Shown here piece by piece: positions 50,559 to 61,088 of a stretch of 64,000 bases of DNA. The notes under the pieces were generated by a model. The model worked only from the letters and a program-made list of their open reading frames with translations. It searched no databases and was not told the DNA's origin. The stretch covers positions 640,001-704,000 of the forward strand of contig CBDBKE010000003.1 in the NCBI GenBank assembly GCA_965206645.1. The letters run 5' to 3'. This DNA is from Terriglobia bacterium (GTDB lineage Bacteria > Acidobacteriota > Terriglobia > JAJPHL01 > JAPKYU01). Every line of letters starts with the position of its first letter. The first letter of the stretch is position 1. Both the position numbers and the translations under genes were made by a program.

Positions 50559-51965
50559 TCAACGTACCGTTGGTGTGTCCGGATGCGGAGTTGCGTGGTA
50601 AAGGTAGCGGGTTCCGCCAGCGAGCGCGAGGTTGCGTCCCACGCAGAAGAACTTGTGCAGGCAACTCTCAAATGAGGGACGGCCATAGTCGTCGTAGGTG
50701 TCGTCTTTGTTGAGCAGAAGCTGACGAACCATGGGATCGTCTTTGCTCACGAACTCGATGATCAGGGAAGTCTCCAAGCTGGACAACCACGCAATGAGAG
50801 ACTCCACAGGTATGTTGGCGCTTATAGCCATGTGGTGAATCAAAGCTAAGCACAGCACCAAATCCGGCTTGCCCCGGTCCGGCAGGGACTGGCGCTCGCT
50901 ACCCGCCCATCCCTGCCTGGGAGAAATATTGGCCAGGTTCATCACCAGTGGGAGGATGTTCTGGCAGCGTTCTTTTCCTAGGTTTCGATAAAGGACCTCA
51001 ACAGAAGCATGGTCGGCATCCATGGCGACCACATAGTCAGCGTGTTCGGCAGCGACTCGGCTGAAATGGCCAATGTTGCAGCCTAGATCCCACACCAGAC
51101 GATGTTTCCGGCTGGACACTATTTGGCGGACGAAATCCTCCTTTTGTCGCATGCCAACATCGCTATAGCTGCGAGCTTCATCGTAGTCCACCCAAGTGGA
51201 GTCACTCGCTTCTACCCTCAATTTGTGGATCACATGGCGCAAGCCGCGGAGGTTGTTGACAATCGCACTTTTCGGCAAGCCAGCTGCCTTGATCTTGCTG
51301 CGCACGCTGGTGCGAGCCGCGGCTAGACGCTTCTGCATCACCGCTTGCAAATAAACGTGCGTGAACACTCCGGGGCGAAGCAGGTCCAGAGTTCCAAAAA
51401 GCTGAGAGAAGGTGGCAGGATCCAAACCTTCTAATTGGCTCCGCAGCCAGCTTTGGAACGGAACTTGCTTGTGGGCTTGGAGCATCAGAGGGAAGAGGAA
51501 CATTTTGCAAAATTGGTTGTAGCCGATCCAGGGTTCACCGAGGTTGAAGCGGGCGAATGAGAGAACGTCGATGAAGATGGGGCGGGCTCCTATGTACTGG
51601 ACGTTAAAGGCCGAGGAGTCTTTGAGGATCAGATCGTGAGAGAGGCACCTTTCCAGTATATCGAGATGCAGGAGGGCGGCGTCCTTGAGCATCCCAAACG
51701 GCCACTCGTATGGGTAGGAGACAAAAGGGACGCGCTCGTGTTCGACCACAGCCCTGCTTGCATCCACGACCTGCTCCAGAAACATGGAGCGCACGTCTAC
51801 CGCATGAGTTGGGATTAGTAGACGATCTTTCTGCAAATCCTGGAACAAAGGCGAAGCCGAAAAGCAGTTCCAGTCTTCCAGCGAATGTTGACCAATGGCA
51901 CGGAAGACCTTCCCATCCATCAGAAAAATAAAGCCCCCTGGGTCCCGGTACGAGCCGGCGTCCAC
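50559..51965 (-). CDS. NoeA-like SAM-dependent methyltransferase
   Basis: SYRDPGG, FVSYPYEW, LKDSSAFNVQ, DLGCNIG, LALIHH. Confidence 0.85.
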   Translation of the reverse strand: MDAGSYRDPGGFIFLMDGKVFRAIGQHSLEDWNCFSASPLFQDLQKDRLLIPTHAVDVRSMFLEQVVDASRAVVEHERVPFVSYPYEWPFGMLKDAALLHLDILERCLSHDLILKDSSAFNVQYIGARPIFIDVLSFARFNLGEPWIGYNQFCKMFLFPLMLQAHKQVPFQSWLRSQLEGLDPATFSQLFGTLDLLRPGVFTHVYLQAVMQKRLAAARTSVRSKIKAAGLPKSAIVNNLRGLRHVIHKLRVEASDSTWVDYDEARSYSDVGMRQKEDFVRQIVSSRKHRLVWDLGCNIGHFSRVAAEHADYVVAMDADHASVEVLYRNLGKERCQNILPLVMNLANISPRQGWAGSERQSLPDRGKPDLVLCLALIHHMAISANIPVESLIAWLSSLETSLIIEFVSKDDPMVRQLLLNKDDTYDDYGRPSFESCLHKFFCVGRNLALAGGTRYLYHATPHPDTPTVR

Positions 51966-52199
51966 CTGGATAGCCTTTCCTCCTGGAATCGGGGCCTTGC
52001 CGTGAGGATGAGGCAGGAAATTCGAGCACGGGTTGTTATCGATGACGTGGCTCCTTACGACATGGGAAACAGGGTCAACCTCAACGGAACACGCTGTTGT
52101 AGATCACAGAAATATAGTGGTGGCTCGTGGGCCACAGAAGGCCCTATATGAGAGCTTCCAGGCAATCCATGCTTTCGCCATAAGATATGAACTAGATAA

Positions 52200-52397
52200 T
52201 TACTTCTCTTGTTTCCCAAGGCCAAGCAGTCTGTAAAGCCTTTGCTTGAACAGCCGGAAAAAGACGAATGCCCCGGCCGCACCACCTAGTAGCAACTGTA
52301 ACAGCATGCTTCCTGCGCCCGGATCGACGTATGCGTGGGCGGCTAGTGGATTGGCTAGCAGGGCTAGCAGGGTAAGAATCACGTGAGGGTTCTTCAT
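52200..52397 (-). CDS. Small membrane protein with a YxDPG motif
   Basis: Signal peptide ending AHA|YVDPGAGSMLLQLLLGG, then a TM segment and a basic tail. Confidence 0.75.
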   Translation of the reverse strand: MKNPHVILTLLALLANPLAAHAYVDPGAGSMLLQLLLGGAAGAFVFFRLFKQRLYRLLGLGKQEK

Positions 52398-52552
52398 TCA
52401 AGCACCCCAAAGCAGTCTAAAGATCGTGCAACGCTTCATAGAAGCCATCTATCTACCCAGAGAATACCATTCTAGAGGATGATGGGCATAGCATGAATCT
52501 GCCAGCTCCGGCCCGGGTTGCCGCGAACGACAAAGTGAGTCGCCAGTTGCTG

Positions 52553-55310
52553 CTACTCAAGCGGGTCCAAGCCGACATAGGCGAACACTATTGACAGGTG
52601 GCGCCGATCCATTTCAACTTTCAGCGCTTTGCCCATGGCAAACTCAATCGTGTTGACCTCCTTGCGCGGCAGTTCGTCCGGCACTGAGATGACGTGCCTT
52701 TTGCTTCCAGTCAACTCCTGCTCGCCCAATTTGGCGAGCGCCTTGCCATTGATGGAAACCTCAACAGATTGCCCCGTGATCTCGGGCGGTACGTGGGTTT
52801 CGAACACCAGTTGAGCCCTCCCCGCCGTCGGAAAGGAAAGATAGACGCGGGCGAGTTTGCCCACAACCCAGCGCATTGGTCGGCCATGGGTCTCCAACCC
52901 GCTGAAGCCTACGGCGAAACTACGGAAATTCTCGCGATTCATCGGCAGGACCGACGGACTCTCTCCGATGTCGGACAAGTTGGGCAAGATCCAGCCGTAC
53001 TCATTAAATAGATTGCCACGAATACGATACCGCTGCATGTTTGGCAGTACCTGCAACAGAGCGACTCTTGAGAGGAACTCGTGCGAAAAATACTGCCGCT
53101 CACGCTTGGCTCTCTCATCGAGATGGAACATCGGAATGCCAGAGAATTCGCCATGCAGTTTGAAAGCGTCGTTGATAGTCGCCGGAACGTCACCGATACT
53201 CACCGGAGCAGTAGAGAATTTCAGAGGTCCCCGCGTCCTCAGCGGTTTTACCAACATAACCGGGTTTGCGACAGCCATCAGGTATTCGGGTATGATCGCT
53301 CCCACTTGAGAGGGGGACGGTATCGACGGTGACAGCCATGGGCTACCGTGGTCACCGTGCACTATAATGAGGGTTTCATCGTAGACACCAAGTCGGTTGA
53401 GAGTTTGAATCAGATGCTCTAATTGCAATAGACAACAGGTGACCGGCGCGCGTGCGTTGTCGTAATTCGACTCTCGCGTCCCAACGTAGTTACACCTGTC
53501 GTCAAACTGCATCGGTGGGTGTCCGCCAGGATGATGAAAATAGTTGTAAGAGGCAGGACGGTTATCCGTGGTCATCCTCTCAATGAACAGATCTAGAATG
53601 CCTGAATAAGTGCGAGTGTCACTTGCTAGGCGGCTTAGAAACCATTGCTCCTCATTGTAAATATGGCGGCGAATTGCGAGAGGCTGACCTGCCGGCTTTC
53701 TTCGGACCACCGATTACTGGAGAACAGCGCCAGTCGGCATGGTTAAGTCGCTCTCGTGTTCTTCTTGGTCAGCGTGAGCCGGCATCGCCGGCGAGCGCCC
53801 ACCGTCATCCGAGCCAGCACGGAGCTGCGCTTTGAACTCGGCTGGCGTCAGATAGCCAAGGCTCGAGTGCGGTCGCACGTCGTTGTAGTGCCGTCGCCAT
53901 TGCTCGATCCCCACCTTCGCGTCCACGCGGTTCCGAAACCACTGCAGGCTCAGATACTCGTCGCGGAACTTCCCGTTGAACGATTCGTCGGTCGCATTCT
54001 GCCACGGCTTGCCCGGCTCGATGAGCGCGGTTTCGATCTGCGCCTGGAGCAGCCACCGGAGAATCGCACCCGCGACAAACTCGGGGCCGTTGTCGGACCG
54101 GAGGTAACGTGGGGCTCCGTGGACGCTCACGAGCTGCGTGAGCACCTCGATAACGCGCCCGGACCGAATGCCGCCGGCCACGTCGATCGCGAGTGACTCG
54201 CGGGTCCATTCGTCGACGACGGTGAGGCACTTGAGCGTCTGCCCATTCGCGCAGGTGTCGAACACGAAGTTGTACGCCCAGACGTGATTGACCGCAGTGG
54301 CGGGCACCGGGCGGGGCCGGCTCAGGGCGACCCGGCGCCGCGGCCGCCGCCGAGGCACCTGCAACCCCGCCTGGCGCCAGAGGCGATGGGTCCGGTCCGT
54401 GCTCATCGTGTGCCCTTCGCGTTTTAGGAAAATCCGAATCCGGCGATAGCCGTACCGCGGATACTGCGCCGCCAGACGACGCATCGCGGCCAGCGCCGGG
54501 GCATCCCGGTCGACCAGCCGCGACTGGTAGCCCAGCGTGGACCGTGCGACGGAGAGCAAGGCGCACGCGCGGCGACCCGACAGACCGCGTGCACGTGCAT
54601 ACGCGACCTGCGGCCGGCGCACGCGTGCGCCTACCATTTTTTTCGGGTGATCTCCTTGAGCACGTCGATCTCCAGATCTCGATCGGCCACCATCTTTTCC
54701 AGCCGGCCGTTCTCCTGCTCGAGCTGCCGCAGCCGCTTCACATCGGCGGGCTCCAACGTGCCGAAGTGTTTCCGCCAGGCGTAGAGCGTCTGGGCGCTGA
54801 CGCCGTTCTTTTTGGCCACCTCCGGAACGGGCCGCTGATCGGCCTCGCGGAGGATCGTCACCATCTGCTCTTCGGTAAACCGGGTCTTCTTCATGGCTCC
54901 CTCGTTTCTCCGAGGGCGCCATTCTCTCAGGCTTCAGCTGGTCCGGAAATCGCCAGGCAGGTCAAGGCGCTACGCGAAACAATGCGACATCTAGCAGTTC
55001 CAGGGCGGTCTTTGCAGTGTTCGCCATGCCGACGGATTTAATTGGCAGCCCATCGAAAATCCTCCCGCCTGTACAGGCGGTGTACATTCCCTCGCAGCTG
55101 AGTTCACCGAACTGAAAACCGAAGGCCTTGAAGCCTTTCCCTGCTAGTGTGTTTACGATCGAATGTTCCCTGAGAGTTGTGCGGATATAGTCCCATGTGT
55201 ACGGCTGAGACGGAACCATATCTCGGCTAGGATCGGGGGCGCGGCCAGTCATGTAGAAGGGGACCGAGGCATAGGTGCTCGGATATCGGCCAGCTGCATG
55301 GGTGAAGAGG
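52553..55310 (-). pseudogene. Sulfatase/alkaline-phosphatase-superfamily gene, interrupted by IS3 and 5'-truncated at IS21
   Basis: YPSTYASVP, GGHPP, LIIVHGDHG; removing IS3 rejoins FRVAP|LAIRR in frame. Confidence 0.8.
53685..54964 (-). mobile_element. IS3 family element (1280 bp): orfA 54631-54894, orfB via -1 frameshift at A7 (54637-54643)
   Basis: IRs TGACCTGCC...CGGACCA, 4-bp TSD AGGC; RYGYRRI, SDNGPEF, ESFNGKFRDE. Confidence 0.92.
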
Positions 55311-55357
55311 TGTCAAGGGCGGAGTAAAACTAGACCACTCCGGCGGAGAGAAAGTAG

Positions 55358-57016
55358 CCGGAATTTCCATTTTGAGCTTCCCCTTCACCCGAAAACCTAT
55401 GCCTCTTACCCTGTCGTGTCAATCGCAAATCGCCCGGGCCTCTTTGAGGTGGTAGTGCGGCACATTTTGGCTGTTCTTCGGAGTCGCTGTGCGGGTTTCG
55501 CCTGCCCAGCCTGCCTCGCCGCTGACACTTGTCCGGCCCGACCACTTCTGAGCACCTAAAATTACCCTCTCTCCTGGGTCGCTAGCCGTCTGGCAGCGGC
55601 AGTGCCGAGATCGTTCGCAGCATGCTGCTGAACAGCCTCCGGCTCAAGTGCCCTTCGGCCAGCAAAAGCCAGTAATATCGCGCATGTTTCACCAGCCGTC
55701 CGCCCGTTTTCACCAGCCGCTGCTGCAAACTCGTCAGCGACCAGTTGTTGATCCTCTTCGGTAGCACCAGCCGCCGCCACAGGTTTCCCAAGTTGTAGGC
55801 GATCAGGCTCAGCCATAGGCGCACCTCGTTCGACCGAAACCGATGGCAACTCAGCCGGGTCATCTTTACCGCCTGCTTGCCTTCCTTGATCCATTGCTCT
55901 GCGGTGCCCCGCTTGTTGTAGAACCGGACCACCGCCCGGCTGTCGGTCTCCAGATTGGTGACGATGAACCCCACGCGAGGGAACAGTTCGCCAAAGTGGA
56001 ACTCCACCTTCGCCACCACCCGCCGCGCCTTTTTCCAACTGGCTGCCTGGTAGAGAAAGCTCTTGTACCAGACCACCGGCTTGTGGCTCGGTCGCCCCAC
56101 TGACCGCGTCAACAACTCCGCGATGTCCCTCTCCAGACTGTCGTTGGCCGGGATGCGAATCGCATACTTCACGTCCCGCTCCTCCAGTGCGTCGTAGATC
56201 TCCGGCTTGGCGAAGGCGGCGTCGGCGCGAAACACCACTTCCTTGCCCAGCTTCTGCTGCCGTTCGATCTCTGGCAGGAGAAGTTCTTCCCAATCCTCGG
56301 CGCTGTGCACGTTGCCGGGTCGCAGCTTGGCCGCCAGACAGTCACCCTCGCGACTGAACAGCAACAACGGGTGATAGCAACTCGACTCGAAATGCCCGTT
56401 GTAGGCGCTCTGCTCCTGTTCGCCGTAGACCGGGATCTCGGTGCTGTCCATGTCCAGCACCACCCGGCGCGGCGCATCCATAGCTTCCGCCCTGGCGATC
56501 AAATCCCGGTTGATCGCTGCCAAACCAGCAAGGTTCTCGTCTTGCGTCAGCAGTTCTGTCTCGAACGACTGTAACCGGGAAGTCAGGGCTGCGCCACGTT
56601 CCCAGATCTTCTCCGAACCGATCAGCCGGAACGTCGGATCTTGGGAAAGCCGCTCGGCGTCGTTGACGTCTTCGTATCCTGCCAAGCGGCTGTAGATGGA
56701 CTGCCGCAGCAAGTCAGCGAGGGGCAACCGGGTGTTCTTCCCCCGAGAGTCGATCAAGTGCTGTTCGATAAGTTCGCCGAACCCCAAACGTTCGTCCAAC
56801 TCGCGCACCACAATCAGACCGCCGTCGGAAGTGATTCGCGATCCCTGAAATGTGACCCGCAGAAACCGGTTGAATGACAGTTGAAACGCCTGTTTTTGGC
56901 TCTCACCCATTCGGTGTACACCTCCGGAAGGCAATGTTGATGCTGGAACCCGCATCAATACTGACGTTGGAGTCATTCAGAAGGTTGCCGCCGATAGTTC
57001 ATAAAGGAAATCCGGG
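55358..57016 (-). mobile_element. Second IS1380-family element (1659 bp; transposase 55582-56910)
   Basis: IRs CCCGGATTTCC / CCGGAATTTCC, 5-bp TSD AGTAG. Confidence 0.93.
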
Positions 57017-57164
57017 AGTAGACCAGTTCAGGGGTGGTGGAAGCTTTGATTTGAGAGGGAGTTGCGGGGGCGGTTGGAGCGGAGGCCTGCGACGCCCGCA
57101 GGGCGGCGCGGTTAGGCCGGAGTGGAAGCCGCCCTCGCAACTCGTCGCCCAGTATTGGGTGAGA

Positions 57165-57929
57165 TCAGGCGCGAGGCTTTCCGGAACGCCTTCGTTTGCT
57201 GTCCTTGAGCCGGTAACTTTCCCCGTTCATCTCCAGGATGTGGACATGGTGGGTGAGACGATCCAGCAGGGCTCCGGTCAGCCGCTCCGATCCGAAGGCC
57301 TCCGTCCATTCGTTGAACGGCAGGTTGCTGGTCACCACGGTGGCGCTGCGTTCGTAGCGCCGGCTGAAGACCTCAAACAGCAACTCCGCCCCAGTCTTGG
57401 ATAGCGGCACGAAACCCAGCTCGTCAATGATCAACAGCTCGAAACTGGAGAGCATCTTCTGGAACCGCATCAGGCGCCGCTCGTCCTTGGCCTCGATCAG
57501 CTCATGCGCCAGGGAGGCCGCCGTAGTGAACCGGACCCGGAACCCTTTCTGACAGGCGGCCAGTCCCAGCGCCAACACAATGTGGGTTTTTCCCGTGCCC
57601 GAGTTCCCTAAAGCCAGGATGTTCTCCTTGCGTTCGATGAACTCGCCTCGGGCCAGCTCGAGCACCAAGGCCTTATTCAGCGACGGAAGGGCCAGGAAAT
57701 CGAAACTGTCGAGGCTCTTCACCACGTCGAACCTGGCTTGGTGAATGCGCCGCTCGGTGGCGCGCCGTTCCCGGTCCAGCAGCTCCAGCTCCGTCAACCG
57801 CAGCAGGTAGCGCGGGAAGTCCACGCCCTCGGCAGCGCACTGCTGCGCCACCTTGTCGTACTCACGCAAAAAGGTGGGTAATTGCAGGGCCTTCAGATGG
57901 TGTTCCAGCAACACCTGGGGCGTGTCCAT
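57165..57929 (-). CDS. istB: IS21 helper ATPase IstB
   Basis: GNSGTGKTH, LLIIDELG, ALLDRLTHH. Confidence 0.95.
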   Translation of the reverse strand: MDTPQVLLEHHLKALQLPTFLREYDKVAQQCAAEGVDFPRYLLRLTELELLDRERRATERRIHQARFDVVKSLDSFDFLALPSLNKALVLELARGEFIERKENILALGNSGTGKTHIVLALGLAACQKGFRVRFTTAASLAHELIEAKDERRLMRFQKMLSSFELLIIDELGFVPLSKTGAELLFEVFSRRYERSATVVTSNLPFNEWTEAFGSERLTGALLDRLTHHVHILEMNGESYRLKDSKRRRSGKPRA

Positions 57930-59428
57930 CAGCAGACTCCTTCCCGGAGCAGGGTCAGATAGTCGGCGGCGGCTGTGGTGGCCACCTGCGTCGCCGGCAG
58001 GTGCGGATAGTGCTCCAGGTCCAGCCGCGCCGGCCGCTGCTCGATCCGGCCCAGCAGCAGATGCTTGACCGCGTCAGACCAGATCGCCCCCAGCCGCAAG
58101 GCGTCCTCGACGGCCAGCGACACTTCCGTCCAACGGAACGTCTCCAGCCGTCGCAGGACCTGCACATACTCCCGCTTGCCCTTCTTGCCTAACCGCGCCT
58201 CCATCAGCCGCCGCAGTTGCGCGAAGCCTTCCGGCAACTCCCAGCCGGCCAGGGGGGCGGCCTGGTTCAACGCGTTCGGCTTCTGCTCCAGCAGCGCCAG
58301 ATAGTGCAACGGATCGAAGATCATCTCTTCCCGTTCCTAGCTCCGGACATGGCGTGCGATCACTTCGCTCGCTGCACAGATCACCACTTCCTCGACGAAT
58401 CCCTTCACCAGCACCTCCCGGTGCCCCCAAGCCACCGGCACCGAATAGTCGTTGGATCGATACCGCACCAGCGACAGTGACGTCACCCGTGTGGTCCGTT
58501 TGTCGCAGGCCTCATAGGGCGTCGCCGGCAGGGGCAGCAGCCTCTGTTGATCCTTCGCGAACCGCTCGCCGATCGTCTCTTGATGTCCTCGCAGACGCCG
58601 CTCTCGCCGCCGGGTGCACTGTTCCCGCAGCTTCGCGTGCAACTCCTCCCAGCTGGCACACCGCGGCACCGGCACCAGGAAGTTCCGCCGCACGTAACCC
58701 ACTAGTCCTTCCACTTTCCCTTTGTCATTGCCCTTGCCCGGTCGTCCGAACTTCTCCGCAAACAGGTAGTGACTCTGCAGTTCGGAGAACGCCCGCGTCT
58801 TGTTCCGTGTTCCGTCACCCAGGATCTGCCTCACCGCCAGCTTGGTGTTGTCGTACAGGATCGTGCGAGGCACTCCGCCGAAGTAGCCGAACGCCTGGTT
58901 GTGCCCTTCTAAGAACGCTTCGGTCGTCTCAGCCGGAAACGCCATCACGAAGCAGTCGTCCGATTGCGGCAGCTCCATCACGAAATAGTGCGCCTTGCGC
59001 TCCACCCCGCCGATCACCACTTGCGCTTCGCCAAAGTCGGCCTGGGCCTCCCCCGGTGGATGCTCTAGCGGCACGAACATCTCCCGCTGGCTCAGCTTCC
59101 GCAGCCGCACGTAGTCCTTCACGATGGTGTAGCCGCCCGGGAATCCGTGCTCCTCCCGCAGCCGCTCAAAAACCCGCTTGGCCGTGTGGCGTTGCTTCTT
59201 GCTCTGGGCCTTATCTTGCTCCAGGATCTGGTCGATGATCCCCACCCAGGCATCCAGCTTCGGCCGCCGCGCCGGCTGCTGCCGCCGATAGCCCGGAGGG
59301 ATCGAGTACCGCAGCATCTTGCGGACCGTCTCGCGGGCTAGCCCGAACTGCCGCGCCGCCTCCCGTTCACTGATCCCCTCAGCCTGAACTGCTCGTCGAA
59401 CACGCGCATAGAGTTCCACTGTGTGCAC
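57929..59428 (-). pseudogene. istA: IS21 transposase IstA with an in-frame TAG at 58337-58339
   Basis: QADFG, YDNTK, KGKVE; RHVRS*EREEMIFDPLHYL continues in frame. Confidence 0.88.
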
Positions 59429-59517
59429 ACCTCCGGTGTTTCACAAAACACATCAGAATCACAATGTTTCCTCTTTATCCCCTTGACATACTTACAGGGG
59501 GCTGCTAGATTGGCCGG

Positions 59518-60039
59518 ATGCAGAAGCGAAAACTCTTGCAAGCCGTGTTCGGCATTAAAGATTTATTTGAAATCGCCTGTTGGGCAGTACCCTCTGGTGC
59601 TATCGGGGCGATTGTTGGGGGCATCATGAATGCGCTGGGATTATCTCCGGAAACATCCATCATGTTTGTTGTTGGTGCGTTCTTATTGGCCCTGTCTTTT
59701 CTGCCTAGAGTGAAGGGCATAAGAAGGCTATTTGGACTGGCTACAGACCGCCCTGAAACAAAGTTAAAGGCCGTGCATGGTCTGAAGGTAAAGAACCAGA
59801 CTATCTCACTGGACTGGAAGAGTTTCTATAATTGTGAATTCGAGTCGTGTACTTTCCGTTGGAATGGAGGTTTTTGGCTGATGCGCGATTGCAAGATGTC
59901 GGGCACAAAGCGCATCGAAACACAAAATAAAACCGCTCTTCTAACAATAGAGACGCTAAGAATCTTCGGCTTTTTAGAGCCTGGATTTGCTGCAAGCTGG
60001 AAGATGCTTCCGGAAGAACATTTTAACTTAATGCAATGA
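59518..60039 (+). CDS. AT-rich passenger gene, 2 TM segments plus a soluble domain, function unknown
   Basis: 173-aa ORF inside the IS1595 IRs. Confidence 0.65.
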   Translation: MQKRKLLQAVFGIKDLFEIACWAVPSGAIGAIVGGIMNALGLSPETSIMFVVGAFLLALSFLPRVKGIRRLFGLATDRPETKLKAVHGLKVKNQTISLDWKSFYNCEFESCTFRWNGGFWLMRDCKMSGTKRIETQNKTALLTIETLRIFGFLEPGFAASWKMLPEEHFNLMQ

Positions 60040-60081
60040 GTAAACCAAACCGGTTCGATGCTCTGCTTGAAGCGATGATCG

Positions 60082-60939
60082 TTAGAGGCTCGCCACCAGA
60101 TCGGAGAAAATCAAAGCGGGCTGCCGCCTCCGATTGTAGCGATACTCAAACTCCTTCACGTACTTCCAAAGGTGTGTCCGGGAAACGTGGACGTGCGTCC
60201 CGCGAATCGAGTTCTTCAACCGGGACCAAAAGCCCTCGACGGAGTTGACGTGGCAGTTGCCTCTCACATATTCACCCGCGCTATGGTTGACAACGCCATG
60301 CTTGTATCCGGCAGCAGGAAGGCGAAGATAGGAGCGGAGATCGTCTGTATGAACAGTCGAACCAGCCGCCACGTTCTCACGGATCAAGGGCTCCAGGGTG
60401 CGCCGCTTCACGTTCGGAACCACCTTGGTCATAATGTCGCCCCCGCGCTTTGCCATGCCGAAAACAACGGTCTTATTCTTCCGGTATCCGTGGCCCCAGC
60501 CCCGAACGCGGCCTCCGATGTAGGTTTCATCCGCTTCAATCAGGCCTCCCAGGGCAGCCTCGCCGTCAACATCGGCCATGTACTTTCGTATTTCGTGCGC
60601 CATGCGCCACGCCGTTTTGTAAGTAACCTTGAGCTGGCGTTGGAGTTCTCTGGCCGCAACCCCGTGGCGGGAAGTGGAAAACAGGAAGATCGCAAAGAAC
60701 CACTTGTGAAGGGCAATGCGCGACCGCTCCATAGGTGTTCCCACGCAAGGGTAGATGTGGTGTCCACAATACTGGCAGACGTAGTTTCTCTGGTTCTTCA
60801 TGCGGTGAAACTTGCTGTTGCGCTTGCACTTAGGACATTCCAGGCGAGTGCCGCCGTAGCGCGAAACCATGATTTTATGAAGGCAGGCCTCATCATTCGG
60901 AAACTGCTTTTGAAACTCGTAAAAACTTGTCATTCCCAA
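60082..60939 (-). CDS. IS1595 family transposase
   Basis: CPKC..CQYC zinc ribbon, EADETYIGG, VHTDD, HVNSVEGFW, EFEYRYNRR. Confidence 0.95.
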   Translation of the reverse strand: MGMTSFYEFQKQFPNDEACLHKIMVSRYGGTRLECPKCKRNSKFHRMKNQRNYVCQYCGHHIYPCVGTPMERSRIALHKWFFAIFLFSTSRHGVAARELQRQLKVTYKTAWRMAHEIRKYMADVDGEAALGGLIEADETYIGGRVRGWGHGYRKNKTVVFGMAKRGGDIMTKVVPNVKRRTLEPLIRENVAAGSTVHTDDLRSYLRLPAAGYKHGVVNHSAGEYVRGNCHVNSVEGFWSRLKNSIRGTHVHVSRTHLWKYVKEFEYRYNRRRQPALIFSDLVASL

Positions 60940-61088
60940 CCTCCTGCGTACATTCTACAGGAAGTCTATAAGTATGTCAAGGGGATAGTTACGCAATGTT
61001 TGATGGAATCGAACTGCGCTGGTCTAATTTTGCACCGCCAGAAACCGCCGCTTACGCGGCGCTCCCTGGTCTATTATTGCTCCGGCGT

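Larger units (their letters stand above)
59470..60993 (-). mobile_element. IS1595 family transporter-IS (1524 bp) with a passenger gene
   Basis: IR core TATCCCCTTGACATACTTA at both ends, 8-bp TSD CAATGTTT. Confidence 0.92.

Noticed and set aside
58337-58339. In-frame TAG in istA as pyrrolysine or readthrough
   Set aside because: Most simply a Tyr-codon nonsense mutation in a decaying IS; no supporting signal or pyl genes in the window.
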